From Dimorphilus gyrociliatus (lineage: Eukaryota > Animalia > Annelida): DNA of 64,000 bases. The stretch covers positions 3,545,320 through 3,609,319 of the forward strand of contig CAJFCJ010000001.1 in the NCBI GenBank assembly GCA_904063045.1. The letters run 5' to 3'. The notes below the pieces were generated by a model. The model was not told where the DNA came from. It searched no databases and worked only from the letters and a program-made list of their open reading frames with translations. Made by a program: the position numbers and the translations under genes. The stretch's first letter is position 1; every line of letters starts with the position of its first letter. This document shows, one piece after another, positions 60,735 to 64,000 of the stretch.

Positions 60735-61736
60735 TTATTCTTCATCCTTCTGTTCGTGATCAACTTTGATAACTACGTTGCCCTTCTTATGTCCTCCTTC
60801 GACGTAGATATGAGCTTGAGGTATTTCTTCAAGTGAATAGCATCTGTCAATAACTGGTACGACTTTTCCAGACTCGGCAAGTTCTCTCATCAAATCGTAA
60901 TATTCAAGTACTGCGCCGGCTACTGAGCAAATGACTTTTGGTCCTCCGACAACTTTACGCCACAACATTTGGCAAATTTCGTACATGGCAAACACGGCCA
61001 TAAGAAAATAGCCATTCGACTGTAGAGAATATTTACAAGACGAGTAGCTCTTTTTGCCAACTGTTTCAAAGATAATATCGTATCTGACCCCATTTTCAGT
61101 AAAATCTTCCTTCGTATAATCGATAACGTAGTCGGCTCCCAAAGATTTCACCATTTCCATATTGGTTGTACTACAAACGCCAGTTACTTCGGCACCGTAA
61201 TGTTTCGCCAATTGAACTGCAGCCGTTCCAACCGCTCCAGAAGCACCGTAGATGAGTACTTTTTGACCCTTTTCAATATTTGCCTTTCTCAGGAAATGTA
61301 TTGCAGTTTCAAGACCGAAAGGAATCGATACAGTCTCCTCGTGGCTAAGATTTTCAGGTTTTTTCGATATGCACGCAGTCTCTGGCAGGCACTTGTATTG
61401 GGCGTAAGTTCCAAAACCAAATTCGGTCGAACCGTACACTTGGTCGCCCTCTTTAAACAATTTCACATCCTTACCGATCTGTTCAATTTCACCTGAAAAC
61501 AATAAACCCCAAATAGGTTGTCGCGGCGATCTTAAGCCAAACATAAGTCTGCTAGGAAGCCAAAAAGACGGCGGAATACCCCGAAAACCTCGAAGTTTAC
61601 AATCTCCAGATGTGACAACTGTCGCTAGTATTTTAATCAAGACTTCATTGGCCTTCGGAATCGGTTTTGGAATGGTTTTCAATTCAAATACACGGTCGGC
61701 TGGCCCGTAGCCATTGCACGTCATTGCCTTCATCAT
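60735..61736 (-). CDS. Intronless NAD(P)-dependent MDR-superfamily oxidoreductase (zinc-free, quinone-reductase-like), bacterial-type (333 aa)
   Basis: YGP...E.K.IPKP.PKANEVLIKI.AT.VTSGDC; GDQVYG; FGTYAQYKCLPE; KKPENLS.EE..SIPFG; dinucleotide-binding IYGASGAVGTAAVQLAK; SLGADYVIDYTKEDF; C-terminal GHKKGNVVI. The catalytic and structural Zn-ligand Cys pattern of true ADHs is absent. Confidence 0.9.
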   Translation of the reverse strand: MMKAMTCNGYGPADRVFELKTIPKPIPKANEVLIKILATVVTSGDCKLRGFRGIPPSFWLPSRLMFGLRSPRQPIWGLLFSGEIEQIGKDVKLFKEGDQVYGSTEFGFGTYAQYKCLPETACISKKPENLSHEETVSIPFGLETAIHFLRKANIEKGQKVLIYGASGAVGTAAVQLAKHYGAEVTGVCSTTNMEMVKSLGADYVIDYTKEDFTENGVRYDIIFETVGKKSYSSCKYSLQSNGYFLMAVFAMYEICQMLWRKVVGGPKVICSVAGAVLEYYDLMRELAESGKVVPVIDRCYSLEEIPQAHIYVEGGHKKGNVVIKVDHEQKDEE

Positions 61737-62589
61737 TCTTACACCCGGAATGGCAGTCGCTGTTGGAAATACTTACGTTTTTATATATATATAGCAAAAA
61801 TATACAAGGCAAACGTGTACCTATAGTACGTTACGTATCTGAATCATGGGATTTTCTACTCCTAACCCTATGTAGTCTATTATCTCGATAGGTTTTTCAT
61901 TAATCTACACCAAGTTTAGTTTGCTTATAAACATATATTCTATTGTGAAAATTCGAGTATTTTCAATTAAAAATACGAAATGTTCAACAATCTATCGTTT
62001 GGTAGAAGACTAACAAAGATAAAAAGTCTTATCGATCTTAATAAATCATCAAAATACACGGAAAGTATCGCTATATATTTACCTGAGCACGCTGACTAAA
62101 TACAACTCCAACTTTCTATTTACAGTGTCCATAAAGGTGTCACTTTAAAAAAAATGCTACCCAACGTTCATTGGAGCGTATAGAGTGATTTTCGTTGAAT
62201 AGAAAACCATCTACTAAATAACTATAATTATTCTTTTCATGTTGATATGATCGTATTTGTTCCTACAATAAAAAAAAACAGCCAAGATTAATCAAAGCTT
62301 TTATTGATGTCCGAATATTTTGGGCGTCTCCTCTATTTGCAACTTTACAGACTCAAATCCAACGTCAAACATTCATAGTAGAAAAAAATTCGTCATTTTT
62401 TAGAAAAAAGCGATTGGTTCAATGTTCCAATGTTTAATAATACGAATTGGAAATATCTAGTTAGGTTAGGGTTCGCTTCGTCAGGCGATGTTTTAAACGT
62501 AGTTGGTTAAAAAATATTGCTATTTTAACTTGTTCTAAAACTATCTACCTTACCCTCACGTGACCGAGTGTGGTAACCCCTATTCTTAG

Positions 62590-63600
62590 GTGCGTCACTA
62601 CAGTGTGTACGGAATGTTACCGTTGTGCATTTTTATTTGTTGTCGAATGTCTCTTGCTGCCCAGTGTGGGATCTGCACTTGTCGGCATGTCCCGCATTCT
62701 ATGTCCTCACACTTTCTTGTCGGCATGCTGTCTCTATCCCTTTGTAATAATCCAAGTGTCGTGATTTTGAAAAAACCTTGCCGTTTATATATTCTCGTGC
62801 CAGGTCCCGCTCCAAATGAGCTGTGTTAATGCCAGATCATGAAATTGTCGACGTTATAGCCTGTGCCGCCGTCGTTTGCTAAGACCGCGTGACACTGTCA
62901 CAGGTTGATGTTATAGCCTGAGCCATTCAGTGTCGTGCGGACTTGTTCTTCATAGCCAGCCATTTTCTTGTGTACCGTTGTAACATTGGGATTGTCTGTC
63001 ATTCCGTATTGTGAGAGCTTTCTTCCTTGATACTAATCACCCCTTCGTATACCGTTTTTTCGTTGGGGTACCGCCCAATACAACGTTTTCACTATGTTCC
63101 GTCTTGGAGTGATCTCCGTTTGAGGGTTAGGAAAAAAGTGTATCCGTGTCCGTATGCTCGTTCCACTAAGGGGTTGTGTATACTGCCTCCATTGGATGCT
63201 GGAATTACGCGTGTGTTTATCTAGCCGACTCCATTGTATGTCAAACTCCCTTGCCCCTGTTGTAATCTACCGTTTTGTTTACCGGATAGTTATGTGTTGT
63301 CTTTGATATGTTCTATGCCGTAACTGTCCTGTAAAGGTTGAGGATTTCTTGTTCGATGCTGTTATCTCTTTTGTTTGATTTAGCCTTCCACGCCGTTTTC
63401 ATAGTGGACCAATGGTACGTTAGTATTAATGGAATGATCTCTTTGCACATAAAGCCCTCTTGTTTATTTAATCTCTGTGGTATTGTCGTATCTAGCTTCT
63501 CAATCGTCTTTTCTTCCTCTCTGTAGAGTCAAGTCGTTGGCTTTGTCTCGTCTGCTACACGTCCCAATTATATCTTATAAGTTGACTCATAAGGATGCTC
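62590..63600 (-). mobile_element. Possible highly decayed non-LTR retrotransposon (RT plus C-terminal Cys/His knuckle remnants)
   Basis: More GC-rich than its flanks, SSR-free, with many stops and frameshifts. Minus-strand fragments occur in the expected order: STYKI*LG, KQEGF, TAW, ILNLY, RGKGV, RYTRKWL, then MPT...CGTCRQVQIPHW. Each match is weak alone. Confidence 0.35.
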
Positions 63601-64000
63601 CTAAAGTTTTTGTTTTCGATTCGAACCGTGTTGATGCATGTTCTATTGTTGAACCATTGTAGTTTTAATATCGTCCGTCTGGTTGTTTAAATCCTGTTGA
63701 AACTGTTCTTGCTCTGTGTTCTTGATGTCAATGGAGAATTTTCTAGCTAGCTTAGCTAAAGTAGAATTCAACGAGTTTGTGTATAGATTGAAATACTAAT
63801 ATTAAAAGTCTAGTTTTAAGGTTAAGAAGAATTTGGAAATATAAACACGAACCAAGTATTTGGAAAGGAAAATGCATCAAAACTATTCAATCTTCTAATT
63901 TGAACGATGAAACATTTCAATTTGAATCAAATCGAACATTGTTTCTGTTTGTCTTGTCTGCTTCATAAAAAAATTGTTTGCTGTTGTCCATTAAACTAGG

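Noticed and set aside
62121-62150. TACAGTG... resembling a Tc1/mariner left terminus
   Set aside because: No matching inverted terminus or transposase remnant found in the window.
62461-62473. TTAGGTTAGGGTT telomere-like sequence
   Set aside because: Only about two units; not an interstitial telomeric array.

Overview
AT-rich, microsatellite-dense animal genomic DNA with canonical spliceosomal introns, many only ~55-90 nt. It looks like a compact invertebrate, probably lophotrochozoan, genome (inference only). I rebuilt gene models by hand from splice sites and reading-frame continuity. In order they are: an intronless D1-like dopamine receptor; FAM124 (minus strand); an orphan Cys-rich spliced gene; a TRAF (RING + zinc fingers + MATH); a small secreted prohormone-like protein with an EF-hand; an alpha1-adrenergic/octopamine-alpha-type GPCR with a GC-AG intron; a 13-exon clan-3 cytochrome P450; a secreted protein with tandem F5/8-C/F-type-lectin-like domains; four intronless LRR genes plus a probable decayed fifth copy; an intronless bacterial-type MDR oxidoreductase; and a possible decayed non-LTR retroelement. 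Main candidates for novelty: (1) all four LRR proteins begin with a BC-box/Cul2-box-like (VHL-box) motif ahead of ribonuclease-inhibitor-type LRRs and have no NACHT domain, suggesting an expanded, fast-evolving family of Elongin-BC/Cullin ubiquitin-ligase substrate receptors; (2) the MDR gene is a horizontal-transfer candidate; (3) the signal-peptide + dibasic-site + EF-hand precursor, which only appears after splicing; (4) recurrent TATAC(A/T)GTATA motifs matching Tc1/mariner excision footprints. No rRNA, tRNA, CRISPR array or recognisable miRNA was seen. All homology calls come from recalled family motifs, not database searches.
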